The notes: generated by a model from the sequence alone, not told the origin. Shown: positions 42,062-53,496, numbered from the stretch's first letter. The stretch is DNA of 64,000 nucleotides from an uncultured Eubacteriales bacterium (GCA_949299375.1 CASGAH010000001.1:4193-68192); one strand, 5' to 3'. Translations and numbers: made by a program.

Positions 42062-43336
42062 TTATTTTACCCGAACGAATACTTCCCGGTAGATGACGCC
42101 AAGCTGGAATGCCAGGTCGTGGTCTCCGACGAAAATATCCAGGCAGTTCGTCTTGATTCCGCCGCCGCAGTCTTCCGCAACATAGGCATGTCCATCTACA
42201 ACCACGGTAGACCCGTACGGAATCTGTTTCGGATAAACCGCCACACTTCTGCCTACGGTGGGAATGGTTCCTGTCGCTGTCGTCGCATTCTGGCGCCCGG
42301 TACAGCTTTCACACGCACAGTAGTGGGTAATCCGGAAAATTCCCAGAGAGATCAGAGATCCTGCCGGAAGTCCGGCCTGTGCCGCGATGGCATCGAGCCG
42401 CTGCTGCTCCTTTGCGGCCGCCGCTGCTGCGGCTGCCTCCTGCTGTCTGCGCGCTTCCTCTTCTTTTTGTTTTCTCTCCGCCTCTTCCCTTTGCCTTCTC
42501 TCTTCTTCCTCTTTCTTTCTTTTCTCCTCTGCAATCCGCTGCTCTTCCTTCGCAGAAATGCTTCCCTGGAAGTTGTACTGGATGGAGATGTACTCCGCTG
42601 CTACGTATCCTGTCCTGCCGCTCTCGTCAAGCAGAATCTCGCACCAGGCACCGCCCTTTTGCTGTATAACGTAGGTCTCCCCTGCTTTTGCTCTCCCAAT
42701 GCGTTCGCCCTCTGCGGAAGGAATCTGACGAATGTTCAGCACATCCGCCACAACAAGTGCTTCCTCCGTCAGCTGTGCCGCAACCTTGTCTGCAGCGTCA
42801 TCTCCGGACAGCACATCTTCTTTGCGCACATATCCCTCAAAATCGACGCTCCGGATCTGATACCACTGTCCCTCCTGTCCGATGAGTTCTGCGCAAGCTC
42901 CCGGGAAAAGTTTTCCCGTGTAAGCGCTTCCCGTATCCGTCTGACTGTACACCGTCACAAACGACTCCTTCTCCAGATCTACATATACTTTTGCGGAAAA
43001 CTCCTGGCGAAGGCGAAACATCTCCATGTCTACGTTTTCCCATCCTCTTTTTCCAATTCGGATCGGGTCGTCCTCTTGTGTCTCTTCGGATGTTTCCTCA
43101 GAATCATCCGACGGCTCCTCCTTCTCCTCGCTCCACCCCTTAGACTCCAGAGCGAGCTTCATCTGCTGTTCAATTTCCGGATTGCGGAAATCATATGTAA
43201 ATTCTACGGACTCTTCTGCTGTATTTTCTCCTGCCTCCCAGTCCTGTTCTGCTCTCGCTGCAGTTCCTCTCCCCAGGAAAACCAGCGCCAGACCAAGAAG
43301 AGCGATGCATTTGAAATACATTCTACACCTGCTCAT
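42062..43336 (-). CDS. secreted SH3b / 3D (DPBB, RlpA-like) domain cell-wall protein
   Basis: ORF 42062..43369. Signal peptide starts from MSRCRMYF. A charged E/K/R/A low-complexity linker is present. C-terminal 3D domain (FRITHYCACESC...AYVAEDCGGGIK). Confidence 0.75.
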   Translation of the reverse strand: MSRCRMYFKCIALLGLALVFLGRGTAARAEQDWEAGENTAEESVEFTYDFRNPEIEQQMKLALESKGWSEEKEEPSDDSEETSEETQEDDPIRIGKRGWENVDMEMFRLRQEFSAKVYVDLEKESFVTVYSQTDTGSAYTGKLFPGACAELIGQEGQWYQIRSVDFEGYVRKEDVLSGDDAADKVAAQLTEEALVVADVLNIRQIPSAEGERIGRAKAGETYVIQQKGGAWCEILLDESGRTGYVAAEYISIQYNFQGSISAKEEQRIAEEKRKKEEEERRQREEAERKQKEEEARRQQEAAAAAAAAKEQQRLDAIAAQAGLPAGSLISLGIFRITHYCACESCTGRQNATTATGTIPTVGRSVAVYPKQIPYGSTVVVDGHAYVAEDCGGGIKTNCLDIFVGDHDLAFQLGVIYREVFVRVK

Positions 43337-43437
43337 GATACCCTCCTCTTTTCTCTTCATGAGATGCATTGTTTTGTAACAATTTCGGCTGCATTTGTTG
43401 CATCTTTTTGAACTTATTACAGTTTTATTACAAATGT

Positions 43438-43466
43438 ATAATAGCAGAATTACAATCCGTTGTCAA
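43438..43466 (-). promoter_or_regulatory. sigma-A-type promoter of the 3D-domain gene
   Basis: Minus strand: TTGACA (43466..43461), 17-nt spacer, TATTAT (43443..43438). Confidence 0.5.
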
Positions 43467-43473
43467 GTTCCAA

Positions 43474-43515
43474 AGAAAAAAAAGACACATCTTCCTTTTG
43501 GGAAGATATGTCTTT
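43474..43515 (-). terminator. intrinsic terminator after the TrmH-family gene
   Basis: Minus strand reads AAAGACATATCTTCC-CAAAA-GGAAGATGTGTCTTT followed by TTTTTTT. Confidence 0.7.
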
Positions 43516-44305
43516 CATCTGTCCACGGTTTGTCTTCGCTGCCTTGCCGCTTCATAGAGAAGGACGCTGGATGCGATGGCCGCATTCAGCGATTCTACTT
43601 TGCCGGCCATTGGAATCTGAATACAGATGTCCGCCTGCCCGGCCGTCTCGTCGGACAGCCCGTTTGCCTCATTTCCGATCAGGAATGCACAGGACTGTCG
43701 ATAGGAAACTGCGTCGTAGGGCAGCGCCCCCTTTAAATGTGCACCGTAGAGGGAGACCCCCTGCTGTTTTAAGCGCTTTAAATCCGAAACGATGTCATCG
43801 GTATACAAAAATGGAATGCGAAACAGCGATCCCATCGTTGCCCGGACGGTCTTGGGATTGTAAATGTCCACCGTATCCCGGGTCATCAAAATCCCGGTGA
43901 TGCCCGCGCCCTCTCCGGCCCGCATCATTGTCCCGAGATTTCCCGGATCCTGAATTGTATCCAGAACCAGAAGCAGCGCCGGCCGGCCGCTGGGAAAGAA
44001 ATCCTCCCAGCGATAAACCGGCTGACGCGCCAGCGCCAATATTCCCTGCGGCGTTTTCGTGTCACACATCGTCTCAAACACAGAATCTTTCACCACTTCG
44101 CAGGCATGGCGTTCAAGAAGCGCTCTGTTTTGTCCGTCCCGGAAAAACTGTTCCGAGACATAGACTTCTCTCACCCATTCCAGAGGGAGTTCCCCGTACA
44201 TCTTCGGACCTTCCACAAGAAAGAGGCCCTCTGCTTTTCGAAGCTTCGCCTTCTTTTGCAGCTGCTGCACGAAGCGCACTCTGGAATTGGAAGAAGCGGT
44301 AATCA

Positions 44306-44306
<1 letters not shown>
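43515..44306 (-). CDS. TrmH/SpoU-family RNA 2'-O-methyltransferase
   Basis: 263-aa ORF with SpoU motifs (VLDTIQDPGNLGTMMR, FLIGNEANGL, IPMAGKVESLNAA). Confidence 0.85.
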
Positions 44307-45340
<1,034 letters not shown>

Positions 45341-45345
45341 TTATT

Positions 45346-46577
45346 CTAATTCATTTTGTCCCAATTTTCAATAGTCTTTTCGACAACTCTTATATTATTT
45401 TCCCCGTATTTCTCTTTCAATATCGCTAAATTCTCCGAATTCACCGCAATATTCCAGTTTCGGGGCATTTTTTTATACTGCCGCGTCGCCCGGACAAAAA
45501 TGACCAGCACATTCGTTCCTTCCCACGGCTCCACCGTCTTTTTCAGCTCTTCCTCCTGTCTCTTATAAGAGTTCCAGTCCTCAAACTGGATCCAGAGCTC
45601 TTTGGGTGTCTCCTCAAACGGGACGATTCTCTCACAAATCAGTTTTCCCGTCTGCTCTTCCCCCATAGAAACTCTTCCCCGAATGAAAAGCTTGCGGTCT
45701 TCCGTGAGCAGGGCTCGGTACTTTTCGTATTGCTTGGGGAACAAGATGACCTCAACGGTTCCGACAAGGTCTTCCATTGTCACAAATGCCATCATTTGAT
45801 TGTTCTTTGTCCCTTTCACGGTTTTTGCCGTCAGCATGCCTCCGATCACTGCCGTACTGCCGTCTGTCAGCTGGGACAGGCCCGTTTCTTCATCGACCGC
45901 AAACTGGCTGCTGACCGCTGTGGCATTTTTCTTCATCGCCCCCTCATCCTCCATCAGCGGGTGTCCGCTGATATAAATACCCAAAACGTCTTTTTCCATG
46001 GACAAAAGAACCGAGGAATCGTATTCCCCCACATCCGGGAAATCAATTTCAAAGTCTTTCCTGTCCTCTTCCTCCACCAGGTCAAACAGGCTCATCTGGC
46101 CGCTCATTGTCTCTTTTTTTTCTCTGGCGGCCTGATCCATCATCGCGGCGTACACCTGCAGTTTCTGTTTTCTCGTCCCCGGAAGCGCATCCAGCGCTCC
46201 CGCCTTGATGAAGCTCTCGATGGTTCTTTTGTTCGCCTCTTTTCCAGACATCCGGGTAATAAAGTCCTGGAGGCTGTTAAAGCGTCCATTCTCTCTGCGC
46301 TCCGCAATCAGAGCGTCAATGACAGACTTCCCTACACTTTTCAGGGCGGACAGCCCATATCGGATGTTGTCACCTGCAACCGAGAATCCGCTCTCTCCGG
46401 AATTGATGTCCGGAGGCAGAACGGAAATGCCCATCTGTCTGCAGATTTGAATATACTCCGATACTTTTCCCAGATGATCCATCACAGATGTCATCAGGGC
46501 GGCCATAAATTCCACCGGATAGTAGTGTTTTAGATAAGCTGTCTCATATGCGACAACCGCGTAACACGCAGCATGAG
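45346..46577 (-). CDS. dnaE: DNA polymerase III alpha subunit DnaE, exon 5 of 5
   Basis: Begins (T)CT CAT GCT = SHAACYAVVAYETAYLKHYYPVEFMAALM, the conserved DnaE motif that follows ...YAFNK. Runs to the stop at 45346. Confidence 0.85.
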
Positions 46578-47331
46578 ATACCGATAGGTCAGCGTTTGAT
46601 GTCATCTCTGGCTTTTCCCCCGGTCCACACCGGACATGCACCTTTCAGCGCATCCGGCGTTCCCCCGATTTCTGCGTCTTTTCCTGCAAAAACCGGCTTG
46701 AGGTCATCCCTCCCTCTCCATTACAGAGATTTCACAGGTGCGGCCTCTGCTTTTTGGCATCCGTTCAGCGGCTTATTGTGCTTCGTCCGCTTACCGAGCG
46801 CACTCGGCCCGATGCCTTTCCCCGTACCAATCCATCCTATCTGTGCATTGATATCCTTAGGTGCCTGGCTCTGAGCCTGCGGGCCTGACAGCGCCTGTAA
46901 CGCTGTATGGTGTTTCATAACAAACATTTTTACTCCACCACACCCGCGGCGTGAACGAATCTCTGCCAATCCGTATGCACTCACGCCCGGTCCGTTTCCG
47001 GACCGTCTCTCTTTAGACTCTTTCCTTCGCCGGTTCGTCAGCTGCACAGCGCAGCATTCTCACCATAGATATGTTATAGACCCCCGGCATATCACCTCCC
47101 ATGCCCAAGCGCTCAGGTTTAGGGAAGTTTCTGCCGACTTTACCGAACTTCTGACTGCCGCATTGCTTTGCACAGCCAGTCGGAGAATCAGGGCGCGTGT
47201 TTCCGGGCGTTACCCCCTCATTCCACGCAGTCGGATGATTCGTTCTCCTTCCTTCTCTTTCCGAAACAGAATTTTCGGTTTTGTAAGGCAGTGCCGGCTC
47301 TTTGTTGATTTTAAGCCGGAACGGGTCGAAC
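46578..47331 (-). mobile_element. ORF-less group II intron 4 in dnaE (754 nt)
   Basis: 5' GUUCGACCCG directly after exon AAC AAA U. Domain V at 46627..46660 (ACGCCGGAU-GCGCU-GAAA-GGUGC-AU-GUCCGGUGU). Domain VI ACCGGGGG...CCU-A-UCGGU with a bulged A 8 nt from the end. 3' AU. Confidence 0.8.
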
Positions 47332-47568
47332 ATTTGTTGAATGCGTATTTCGCGAAGTCAATCATTTCATCAAAAATCGTCTGCGCCACCGTCTCCGGAA
47401 TTCCATTGGCAACGCAGCCCTTTACACCTTCCTCCTCATTTCCATATACGAAATTCCTTCGTTCCTTCTCCATAACGGAGCCTTTCTTTTTTGACATGGC
47501 TCTGCGAACCAGGTCGCTTCTCCCAAGGGTGTATCCGGCCAGATCGCGCACGATCTGCATAACCTGTT
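47332..47568 (-). CDS. dnaE: DnaE exon 4 of 5
   Basis: (G)AA CAG GTT ATG... = EQVMQIVRDLAGYTLGRSDLVRRAMSKKK...IDFAKYAFNK. Corresponds to track ORF 47210..47560. Confidence 0.85.
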
Positions 47569-48310
47569 ATGGTGATAGGTCAGCGTTTGATTTCTCTCCG
47601 GCTTTTCCCCCACCCCGCACCGTGCGTGCAGCTTTCACCGCACACGGCGCTCCATCGTCGTCGCCTTCGATAACTCCGGCGGCGGCGACTTGTGCCCATC
47701 CCTCCATCTCCATTACAGAGACTTCATCGGTTCGAACACTGCTTTTTTGCACCGGTTCAGCCGCTTATTGTTCTTCGTCCGCTTATCGCCCGACTCGTGC
47801 ACCGTCTCAGTCCCATTTTAGAACGTCGATGAGACAATACACGAGTCCGACAACCCGATACATTTCCGTGTTCCAATAATTCTATCCCTCCAGATATCCT
47901 TAGGTTCCTGCCAGCAGCCGTCGGCTGTCTTGTGCCTGTAACACAACATGGACTTTCATAACCAGGAATTTTACTCATCCACACCTTTGTATGCGGCTGC
48001 TTCTGTCGCAGGTTCGTCCGTCTTTTGACATTCTAACCATAGATATGTTATGGACCACCGGCATATCAAGCGCCCGATCCGGTTTGCCTTTTTTCGGATC
48101 GCAGCTCTCCTGTGCCGACTTCACCGAGCTTCACACGCTGCGGCTTTCGCCGTTTTGCGCATGTCGGAGTATTATGGAGTGTGTTTCTCATCCATTTTGG
48201 ATGTCTCTTGTCCGAGAAGGCGTTACCCTTTCATTCCACACTTCGAATTATTCGTTCAGATCCCGGTTGAAAAGATCTGCCCGGTCTTTTCAACCGGGAA
48301 CGCGTCGCAC
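47569..48310 (-). mobile_element. ORF-less group II intron 3 in dnaE (742 nt)
   Basis: 5' GUGCGACGCG. Domain V at 47617..47650 (GCGCCGUGU-GCGGU-GAAA-GCUGC-AC-GCACGGUGC). Domain VI GGUGGGGG...CCU-A-UCACC. 3' AU. Confidence 0.85.
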
Positions 48311-48418
48311 CCTGATATACAATACACCCATACGTAGGAGCAAGAATTGGCTCCAATTGAGGACATTCATACGTAATCGAAGATTTGTCATTCTTTCCCT
48401 TCAGGTATTTCGGAATAA
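48311..48418 (-). CDS. dnaE: DnaE exon 3 of 5 (108-nt micro-exon)
   Basis: Own translation: (T)TT ATT CCG... = FIPKYLKGKNDKSSITYECPQLEPILAPTYGCIVYQ(E). This supplies the conserved ...P.LEPIL..TYG..VYQEQVM segment missing between the neighbouring fragments. Confidence 0.8.
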
Positions 48419-49144
48419 ATAGCGATAGGTAACCCTTTGATGGAATCCTCGGGTTTTCCCCCGCTCCGCACCGTACGTGAGTCTTTCGAGCTCATACGGC
48501 GCTCCCCCTCTGCCGCCGCACCAGGCGATGCGCGGCAGCGGCTTGTGGCTGTTGCTCCATCCTCATTACAAGGACTTCTTCGCTCGTGCCACTGCTCTCC
48601 CTGTGACAAAGGACAGTTATAAAAATACTTTTCTTTCCTGCCCACTAGATCATCGAACATAAAGGTTCTCCCTATTCACAGCTTTCAACGTTCCGATCCT
48701 TCTTCCTTCTCATCTCATACTTAGGTGCTTCCTTTGAACTCTCATGCCTAACCGTGCCTGTAACACGGTATGGCGTTTCATTTCGACCAGGATTACTCCG
48801 CCACACATGATTTTCCTATGAAGTCCGTACATTCGGAAGTTCGTCAGCTCCCTTTGGGGAAGCATTCTCACCCTATATGAGCATCGACGCCCGCCCGATC
48901 CGTTCCCCCATCACACCCTCAGCACCCTTTCGCTCCCACAAAATGGCGCGCTTGATGGAGTCCGTTCAGACGACTTTACCGAGCTTATAACATCGGATGC
49001 TTTATCATCTCCTGCTATTCGGAGGTCTCAGCGCAAACCCTTCCAGGCGTTACCCTCTCATTTGGTTTGTTGAAAGATCAGTTCTCCGCAGTCGGATTCT
49101 CTCCCGCCTGCAGGTTGGGGGTTCTCCCCCAAAACGTTTCGCAC
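48419..49144 (-). mobile_element. ORF-less group II intron 2 in dnaE (726 nt)
   Basis: 5' GUGCGAAACG after exon ...AUG GAC U. Domain V at 48468..48502 (GCGCCGUAU-GAGCUC-GAAA-GACUC-AC-GUACGGUGC). Domain VI AGCGGGGG...CCU-A-UCGCU. 3' AU. Confidence 0.85.
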
Positions 49145-49400
49145 AGTCCATTGGTCCCGGCCTGTACAGGGAAATTCCCGCAATGACATCTTCCAGATTT
49201 TCCGGTTTCAGTTCCTTCATGAAGTTTTTCATTCCGGAACTTTCCAATTGAAAGACCCCCTCTGTTCGTCCGGTCCCCAGAGAGGCAAATACTGCACTGT
49301 CATTCATTTCCATTTTGTCCATGTCAATCACAATCCCTCGGTTGTGCTTCACATTGGCGACCGCATTCTGAATGACCGTGAGTGTGCGGAGTCCAAGAAA
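49145..49400 (-). CDS. dnaE: DnaE exon 2 of 5
   Basis: TTT CTT GGA CTC... = FLGLRTLTVIQNAV...AGISLYRPGPMD. Part of track ORF 49050..49490. Confidence 0.85.
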
Positions 49401-50113
49401 ATAGGAATAGGTAAGGATCTTCCTCAGCCATTGCCTGTCCGGCGTCCTTTTCCCCTCCTTCACACCGTGCGTGCGGCTTTCACCGCACACGGCGTTCCGC
49501 CAAACACATCGCCCGCACTCGCTTTGTTCTGGCTATGGGCCTTTGCTCCAGGGGAATTGCCCCCCTTCTTCACTACTACGCCCTGCTGCCGCCCGGATTC
49601 ACAGGCCATTTCCTGCCTGTTGGAGGTTTCGACGCTTAAACATCTTGGCACCCTCCTCCGGGTTTCAATTGTTCCGTTGGTTCTATCCTTTCATTATAAC
49701 AACTTAGCTGCCGCCTTTGGCCCGCAGGCCATTCTTTCACCCTCTGCTGAATGGATTCAGAACTCCTGCTGCATTTCCAGCAGAAGCCGCAGCCGCAATG
49801 GACAATGCGTCTGCCGCGGCCCAAATCCTTGTTGGATTTGTCTCTGCGGGTCTTTCCCACGGCGGTTCCCGGTGAGTCAGCCTATTGTTTTTCAGAGGAC
49901 CCCCGGCGATTGTCTCGCCGACTTTACCGAGCTTCATACCGTTTTGCTTTAAGCCAAAACCGCATGTCGGAGGATCAGGGAGTGGGGCATCAGCATTTGC
50001 TCCGTAGACGGAATTGCACCGTCCTCATCAAACCAACCGTTAAACAGGTTTCTTTCCCTGTTCCGCTGACTTGTTTCCGTTTCCAGAGTGTTTCGCCAGC
50101 GAACAATTCGCAC
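49401..50113 (-). mobile_element. ORF-less group II intron 1 in dnaE (713 nt)
   Basis: 5' GUGCGAAUUG directly after ...LGLLKMD (GAC at 50116..50114). Domain V at 49462..49495 (ACGCCGUGU-GCGGU-GAAA-GCCGC-AC-GCACGGUGU). Domain VI GGAGGGG...CCU-A-UUCC. 3' AU. Confidence 0.85.
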
Positions 50114-51778
50114 GTCCATTTTTAACAATCCAAGCTCCTCTAGCGTCGTCATCGTAAACTGCGTTGTGATGGAACCGTCCGCTCCCTTAGACAGGGGGAC
50201 GTACTCATCGACCGGCAGCTGGCTGATGACAACACCCGCCGCGTGCATTGAGGTATGTCTTGGCATTCCCTCTAATTTTCGCGACATCTCAATCAGGTTG
50301 TGAATTTCCGGATCCGCCGTATACAGACTCCTGAGTTCGGGGTTCCTCTCCAAAGCTTCATCGATGGTGATGTTTAATTCGTTTGGAATCATCTTTGCCA
50401 CCGTATCGCACCGGGAATAGGGGAGATCCAGCACCCGCCCGACATCCCGGATGACGCCTTTGGCCGCCATCGTACCAAATGTGACAATTTGCACGACCTC
50501 ATCCTTGCCGTATTTTTGAACAACATAGTCGATCACTTCCTGACGGCGCTCAAAGCAGAAGTCAATGTCGATGTCCGGCATTGAGATCCGCTCCGGATTC
50601 AAAAAACGCTCAAAGATCAGGCTGTAGCGGATCGGGTCAATGTTTGTAATTCCAAGACAGTAGGCGACAAGACTTCCCGCTGCGGATCCTCTTCCGGGTC
50701 CGACCATAATCTTTCGGCTTCTCGCAAAGCGGATGAAATCCCACACAATCAGGAAGTAGTCCACGTATCCCATTGTGCGGATCACGCTTAATTCGTACTC
50801 CAGCTTGTTTTCCAGCGCTTCCTTCCCGCCTGCTTTCTCCGGATCCGGATACCGCTTTTGAAGCCCTTCCCGGCAGAGTTTTCTTAGATATTCCCAGGCG
50901 GTATACCCTTGCGGGACATGGAATTTTGGCAGCTTTGTCACGCCAAACTCAATCGTTACGCTGCACCGCTGCGCGATCTTGTGTGTGTTTTCCAATGCCT
51001 GCAGTGCATAGGGAAACAGCTGCGCCATTTCCTGCTCCGACTTGCAGTAGTACTGCCCGCCCTCATAGCGCATCCGCTTCTCATCTTTTACTTTCTTTCC
51101 GGTCTGGATGCAGAGCAAAATGTCGTGGGCTGCCGCATCCTCTTCTCTGATGTAGTGAATGTCATTTGTTGCTACCAGCTCGATTCCCGTCTCTCTGGAC
51201 ATGCGCAGAAGAGACATATTGACCGTCTTTTGCGCGGAAATGCCATGATCCTGCAGTTCCAAAAAGAAATTTCCTTTTCCGAAAATGCGCTCATAGCGAA
51301 GCGCCGACTGTTTCGCCTCTTCGTACATTCCCCGCTCCAGAAAGCGGGCGACCTCACCGGCCAGACAGGCGCTCAAGGCAATGATCCCCTCATGGTATTG
51401 CGCAAGCACCTCGTAATCCACCCGTGGTCTGTAGTAGTAGCCATCCACAAATCCTTTGGATACAATCTTCATCAGGTTGTGGTATCCGGTGTCGTTTTCG
51501 GCCAGGAGGATCAGGTGGTAATACCGGTCTTCTCCCTCGGTCTTTTCCCGGTCAAAGCGGGAACCTGGCGCCACGTATACTTCGCAGCCGAGAATCGGCT
51601 TAATGCCAGCCTCGCGGGCCGCCCGGTAGAAGTCGATGACACCATACATTACCCCATGATCTGTTATGGCCATACTGTCCATTCCCAATTCTTTTGCGCG
51701 GGAAACAAGCTCTTTGATTTTGCAGGAACCATCCAAAAGGCTATATTCCGTATGCACATGAAGATGGGTAAATGCCAT
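50114..51778 (-). CDS. dnaE: DnaE exon 1 of 5 (PHP and palm/thumb region)
   Basis: Start MAFTHLHVHTEYSLLDG at 51778 with an AAAGGAAAGGAAG RBS. 555 codons ending ...TMTTLEELGLLKMD. The track ORF then runs 165 nt into intron 1 before a stop. Confidence 0.9.
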
Positions 51779-51982
51779 AGTCTTCCTTTCCTTTCTCTCT
51801 ATTGTGACGCCCGCCAGGACTGTCCGGACGGGCGTGCGGTGAATCACCAGGCCAGATGGCCTGGCTCCCCATTTATTATACCATAGGTTGCAATGAAATT
51901 CCAGAAACAGAAAAGCTGTGAAGAGCGTTCGCATCACTTCTTCACAGCATCCGATCAATTGTTTGCGCCGTACGTTTCTGTT

Positions 51983-53359
51983 TTATTCTATCTTGGGAAG
52001 TTTGGCACGGTATGCGGCAAGCTCCTCATCCGTCGGGATATAATCATTCATCATTCCATCGTGGAATTTCTCGTACGCAACCATATCGAAATATCCTGTA
52101 CCCGTCAGGCCAAATACGATCGTCTTCTCTTCCCCGGTCTCTTTGCAGCGGAGCGCCTCGTCTATGGCAACACGGATGGCGTGGGCGCTTTCGGGAGCAG
52201 GCAGAATTCCCTCGATTCTGGCGAAATATTCTGCTGCCTCAAACACTTCTGTCTGTTTGACACTCGTTGCCTCCATCAATCCCTGGTCGTAAAGTTCCGA
52301 TAAAATAGAGCTCATTCCGTGATAGCGGAGTCCTCCGGCATGGTTGGCAGACGGGATGAAGTCGCTTCCCAGTGTATACATTTTTGCCAGCGGGCAAACC
52401 ATTCCTGTGTCACAGAAATCATAGGCATACACACCTCTTGTCAGACTCGGGCAGGAGGCAGGCTCCACAGCAATAAAGCGGTAATCCGCCTCCCCGCGAA
52501 GTTTCTCTCCCATAAACGGGGCAATCAGTCCTCCTAGGTTGGAACCGCCTCCGGCACAGCCGATGATGATGTCAGGCTTCACCCCGTACCGGTCGAGCGC
52601 GGTCTTTGTCTCCAGACCGATGACGGACTGGTGCAGAAGAACCTGGTTTAAAACGCTGCCCAGCACATAGCGGTATCCCTCACTCGTCACCGCCTTTTCC
52701 ACCGCCTCGGAGATGGCACATCCAAGGCTTCCTGTCGTTCCGGGATGCTTCTCCAGAATTTTTCTTCCCACTTCCGTTTCCATAGACGGGGACGGCGTCA
52801 CAGAGGCGCCGTACGTCCGCATTACTTCGCGGCGGAACGGTTTTTGTTCGTAGGAGCATTTTACCATATATACTTTGCAGTCAAGCCCAAGGTAGGAGCA
52901 GGCCATCGAGAGGGCCGTTCCCCACTGACCGGCTCCGGTCTCTGTCGTGACGCCTTTGAGCCCCTGCTTTTTTGCGTAATATGCCTGTGCGATCGCCGAG
53001 TTTAGCTTATGGCTGCCGCTCGTATTGTTTCCCTCAAATTTGTAATAAATTCTGGCAGGGGTCCCGAGCTTTTCTTCCAAACAGTATGCGCGAATCAGCG
53101 GGGAAGGACGGTACATCTTATAGAAATTGCGGATTTCCTCCGGAATCTCAAAAAATGCGGTATCCTCGTCCAATTCCTGCTCAATCAGTTCGTCACAAAA
53201 AACGCCCGCAAGTTCTTCTGCCTTCATCGGTTTGTGTGTCGCCGGATTCAAAAGCGGCGCCGGTTTCTTTTTCATGTCTGCGCGCAGATTATACCATGCC
53301 CGCGGCATCTCCGATTCTTCCAGATAAATCTTATAGGGGATCTTTTCCTCATGCTTCAT
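51983..53359 (-). CDS. TrpB-like PLP-dependent enzyme (tryptophan synthase beta, TrpB2 type)
   Basis: ORF 51983..53392. Start MKHEEKIPY with GGAGG-N8. About 458 aa. PLP-Lys region (NTSGSHKLNSA) and GGGSN motif. Confidence 0.8.
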   Translation of the reverse strand: MKHEEKIPYKIYLEESEMPRAWYNLRADMKKKPAPLLNPATHKPMKAEELAGVFCDELIEQELDEDTAFFEIPEEIRNFYKMYRPSPLIRAYCLEEKLGTPARIYYKFEGNNTSGSHKLNSAIAQAYYAKKQGLKGVTTETGAGQWGTALSMACSYLGLDCKVYMVKCSYEQKPFRREVMRTYGASVTPSPSMETEVGRKILEKHPGTTGSLGCAISEAVEKAVTSEGYRYVLGSVLNQVLLHQSVIGLETKTALDRYGVKPDIIIGCAGGGSNLGGLIAPFMGEKLRGEADYRFIAVEPASCPSLTRGVYAYDFCDTGMVCPLAKMYTLGSDFIPSANHAGGLRYHGMSSILSELYDQGLMEATSVKQTEVFEAAEYFARIEGILPAPESAHAIRVAIDEALRCKETGEEKTIVFGLTGTGYFDMVAYEKFHDGMMNDYIPTDEELAAYRAKLPKIE

Positions 53360-53496
53360 TTCTGCTACCTCCACATTCCTTTTTTGTCTCATATTTATGT
53401 CTCATCAAATCCGGAAAGATTCCTTCCCTGATCCGATCGTGATACCTCGGCCAAATCACGGCAGGGACAGTTGATGCGCTTGGCGGGTTTATCGCA

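Noticed and set aside
46721-47047. ORFs inside the introns (this one and 47013..47333, 47757..47984, 48388..48660, 49636..49860) as intron-encoded proteins
   Set aside because: They are short and low-complexity, not conserved between the paralogous introns in frame, and have no reverse-transcriptase (YADD) or maturase-like motifs.
45346-51958. dnaE fragments as a decayed pseudogene, intein-containing gene, or IS-disrupted gene
   Set aside because: All conserved DnaE blocks are present and rejoin in frame at precise GUGCG...AU boundaries. The insertions are not in frame and reach stops quickly; for example, the exon 1 frame stops 165 nt into intron 1. They lack intein splice motifs. They carry no transposase or terminal inverted repeats.
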